The notes beneath the pieces were generated by a model. It saw nothing but the letters and a program-made list of their open reading frames with translations. It had not been told where the DNA came from and did not search any database. Shown here piece by piece: positions 62,179 through 64,000 of a stretch of 64,000 nt of DNA. Each line of letters starts with the position of its first letter. Position 1 is the first letter of the stretch. A program made the position numbers and the translations under genes. The DNA comes from Thermodesulfobacteriota bacterium (GTDB lineage Bacteria; Desulfobacterota_D; UBA1144; Nemesobacterales; Nemesobacteraceae): positions 704,001-768,000 of the forward strand of contig OZ241855.1 in assembly GCA_965202785.1 (NCBI GenBank), read 5' to 3'.

Positions 62179-62183
62179 TTCCC
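62057..62183 (+). ncRNA. Putative omega (re)RNA overlapping the tnpB 3' end
   Basis: Hairpins ATCGAG/CTCGAT (62057-62072), TGCGGG/CCCGCA (62073-62095), TGGTCG/CGGCCA enclosing AGTCAGAA/TTCTGACT (62096-62142), then GTCAA; boundaries uncertain. Confidence 0.6.
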
Positions 62184-62188
62184 TTTAG

Positions 62189-63481
62189 ATGAACCAAAGA
62201 ACCGCAGCTGTCCTGTCAGCCGTTTTCCTGCTCTTTTTCTACCTTTCCTGTGAAAGACCCCCGGAGATTCCGAGCCCCGAGTCCATGCGGGAGGTTCCCG
62301 CGTTCCCCGAGATGGACGACGACCTTTTCCCTGAGGGACTGAAGGAATCCATCGGCGCAAGCGTCGAGAAACTTTCGCAGAAAAAGGATTCCCAGCTTGT
62401 TTTCGGACAGAAAACCGTCTCCGCAGGGGACTACGCGCTCGCACTCGGTTATCTTCTCGCCAAGCTTGAAGCGGGCGTTACCAAGGATGATTTCATAAAG
62501 GACGTAAGGGAAAATTTCGATTTCTACGGCTTTCCGGGAAAACCCTGGGGCAAGGTTTTTATAACATCTTACTTTTCTCCGGTGCTTTCCGCTTCCCGAA
62601 CCAGGACACCGCAGCATACCCAGCCGCTATACGGGGTTCCCGCCGACCTGGTGCGCCTGAGGATAGACAGGTTCGTCGAGCGATTCGAGAGATTTTCGTT
62701 TCTTGAGGACGACAAGATCGCCCGGGGAAAGCTTCAGTCCCTTTACGGCAGAGTCGCCTCCGGAGGCCCTGGCAGGACGTCGGAGCTGGTTCCCTATTAT
62801 TCTCGAAGCGAGATAGACTCCGGGGGAAGGCTCAGGGGGAAAAGGCTTGAGATCGCGTGGGTAGACCCTGTTGATGCGTTTTTTCTTCAGGTTCAGGGCT
62901 CGGGTAAAATAAGGTTTGCGGACGGAGAAGAGCGGGTCGTGGGCTACGCCGCCCAGAACGGACACGATTACGTGGCGATAGGGAAATTTCTCTTCGAGTG
63001 GATTCCGAAGGAAAAAATGAGCCTTTGGGCCATAGAAAGCCACCTGAGATCCCTCTCCTACGCGGAGAGGATGAAGATTCTTTACAAAAACCCTAGTTAC
63101 ATTTTCTTCCGCGGACTTGCGGGCAAGCCGGAAACTTCTTTCGGAACGGAAGTCGTCGACGGCAGGACTGTAGCGACCGACAAGGCTTTTTTCCCCAGGG
63201 GGGCGCTGGCGTTCATGGAGTTTGAGAGACCGGTTTTCGAAACTCCCTCTTCAGTTGAGCCGTCGCAGTGGGAACCGGTTTCCCGCTTTGTCGTTAACCA
63301 CGACAGCGGCGGAGCCATAAAAGGGGCCCGGCGCGTCGACCTTTTCTGGGGGGAGGGAAAAGACGCCTCCCGGCACGCGGGTGTGATGAAAAACTGGGGA
63401 AAGTTCTTCTATCTGGTGCCGAAGGGGGAATTCCTGACGGTGCTTAGGGCAAAAAACGGCGGCCAGGGCCAAGGAGGATGA
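62189..63481 (+). CDS. mltA: Membrane-bound lytic transglycosylase MltA (lipoprotein)
   Basis: Lipobox LSC, FFLQVQGSG, NPSYIFF, DSGGAIKG..RVDLFWG (3D domain). Confidence 0.93.
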   Translation: MNQRTAAVLSAVFLLFFYLSCERPPEIPSPESMREVPAFPEMDDDLFPEGLKESIGASVEKLSQKKDSQLVFGQKTVSAGDYALALGYLLAKLEAGVTKDDFIKDVRENFDFYGFPGKPWGKVFITSYFSPVLSASRTRTPQHTQPLYGVPADLVRLRIDRFVERFERFSFLEDDKIARGKLQSLYGRVASGGPGRTSELVPYYSRSEIDSGGRLRGKRLEIAWVDPVDAFFLQVQGSGKIRFADGEERVVGYAAQNGHDYVAIGKFLFEWIPKEKMSLWAIESHLRSLSYAERMKILYKNPSYIFFRGLAGKPETSFGTEVVDGRTVATDKAFFPRGALAFMEFERPVFETPSSVEPSQWEPVSRFVVNHDSGGAIKGARRVDLFWGEGKDASRHAGVMKNWGKFFYLVPKGEFLTVLRAKNGGQGQGG

Positions 63482-63482
63482 G

Positions 63483-64000
63483 ATGACCGACGAAAAAACA
63501 CTTGCATGCTCCCAGATGTCTTCCCAGAGCGGAGAACATCTCTACGGAACCGCTCTTGAGGTGAAAAACTGGTTTTTGCTTGAGTACTCCGGAGTATGGA
63601 AAAGGGATGCTTTTCCGGAAAGTGCGCTGCCGGAGGAGGTAAAGGAGCATCTTGGAGGCTTTCTCTCGTCTTTTGAGGAATCCAGGATTCAGCTGATAGG
63701 GGGGCCGGGCCCAAGCAAGGGAAACCCCGCTTTTTACTACGCGCACTCCTCTGAGTTTTCCCCGAAACTCTACAGGTTCGAGATAGAAACATACGAAGAC
63801 CTCCTCTCGATAGACCTCCCCGAGCTTGTCCGCACCGGGGAGATAGAGAAATTCTCCTGCGAAGAAACGCTCGTTCTGGTCTGCACCCATGGAGCCCGCG
63901 ACGGATGCTGCGCGGTCACAGGGGCTGAAGTTTACAGGGAGCTTCTAAAAAAAGAGGGGATTTCCGCGTGGAGAACCACCCACGTCGGGGGCCACCGCTT
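63483..64000 (+). CDS. Sucrase/ferredoxin-like 2Fe-2S protein (partial)
   Basis: Not in ORF track; MTDEKTLACS...WFLLEY...LVCTHGARDGCC...THVGGHR; runs off the window. Confidence 0.85.
   Translation, partial: MTDEKTLACSQMSSQSGEHLYGTALEVKNWFLLEYSGVWKRDAFPESALPEEVKEHLGGFLSSFEESRIQLIGGPGPSKGNPAFYYAHSSEFSPKLYRFEIETYEDLLSIDLPELVRTGEIEKFSCEETLVLVCTHGARDGCCAVTGAEVYRELLKKEGISAWRTTHVGGHR

Larger units (their letters stand above)
60924..62183. mobile_element. tnpA-less TnpB unit bounded by 23-bp inverted repeats
   Basis: GGGATTTATGTATTTAAGTTGAC (60924-60946) versus revcomp of 62161-62183 GGGAATTATGTATTTAAGTTGAC, 22/23; no TSD seen. Confidence 0.8.

Overview
Origin-proximal 64 kb of a bacterial chromosome. 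Gene content (cofC, gspL/M/N, RTX and peptidase lipoproteins, a Cys-containing C-terminal sorting motif) suggests Ca. Dadabacteria or another deltaproteobacterial-type lineage, possibly sponge-associated; this is inference only. The backbone is housekeeping: groES/EL with CIRCE, mutS, leuA, hisBH, pheA-hisC-tyrA, dnaA-oriC-dnaN, thiL, pabBC-folE2, mnmE flanked by two parS sites, pheT-ihfA-tilS and two tRNAs. Short AT-richer accessory inserts interrupt it. The most notable signal is a family of transposase-less units bounded by ~23-bp inverted repeats (GGGAHTTA-N6-TAAGTTGAC, resembling IS1595/ISNwi1-group ends). One unit carries a catalytically intact TnpB with a structured omega-RNA-like 3' region running into the right repeat. 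A second carries a lipoprotein gene with a 7/8 target-site duplication at a parS edge, and a third is a decayed 352-bp copy. Also found: an unannotated ~90-nt sRNA with an anti-Shine-Dalgarno seed downstream of groEL, a parS that doubles as a terminator, and a duplicated DnaA-box/IHF module. All calls come from reading the sequence; no searches were run.
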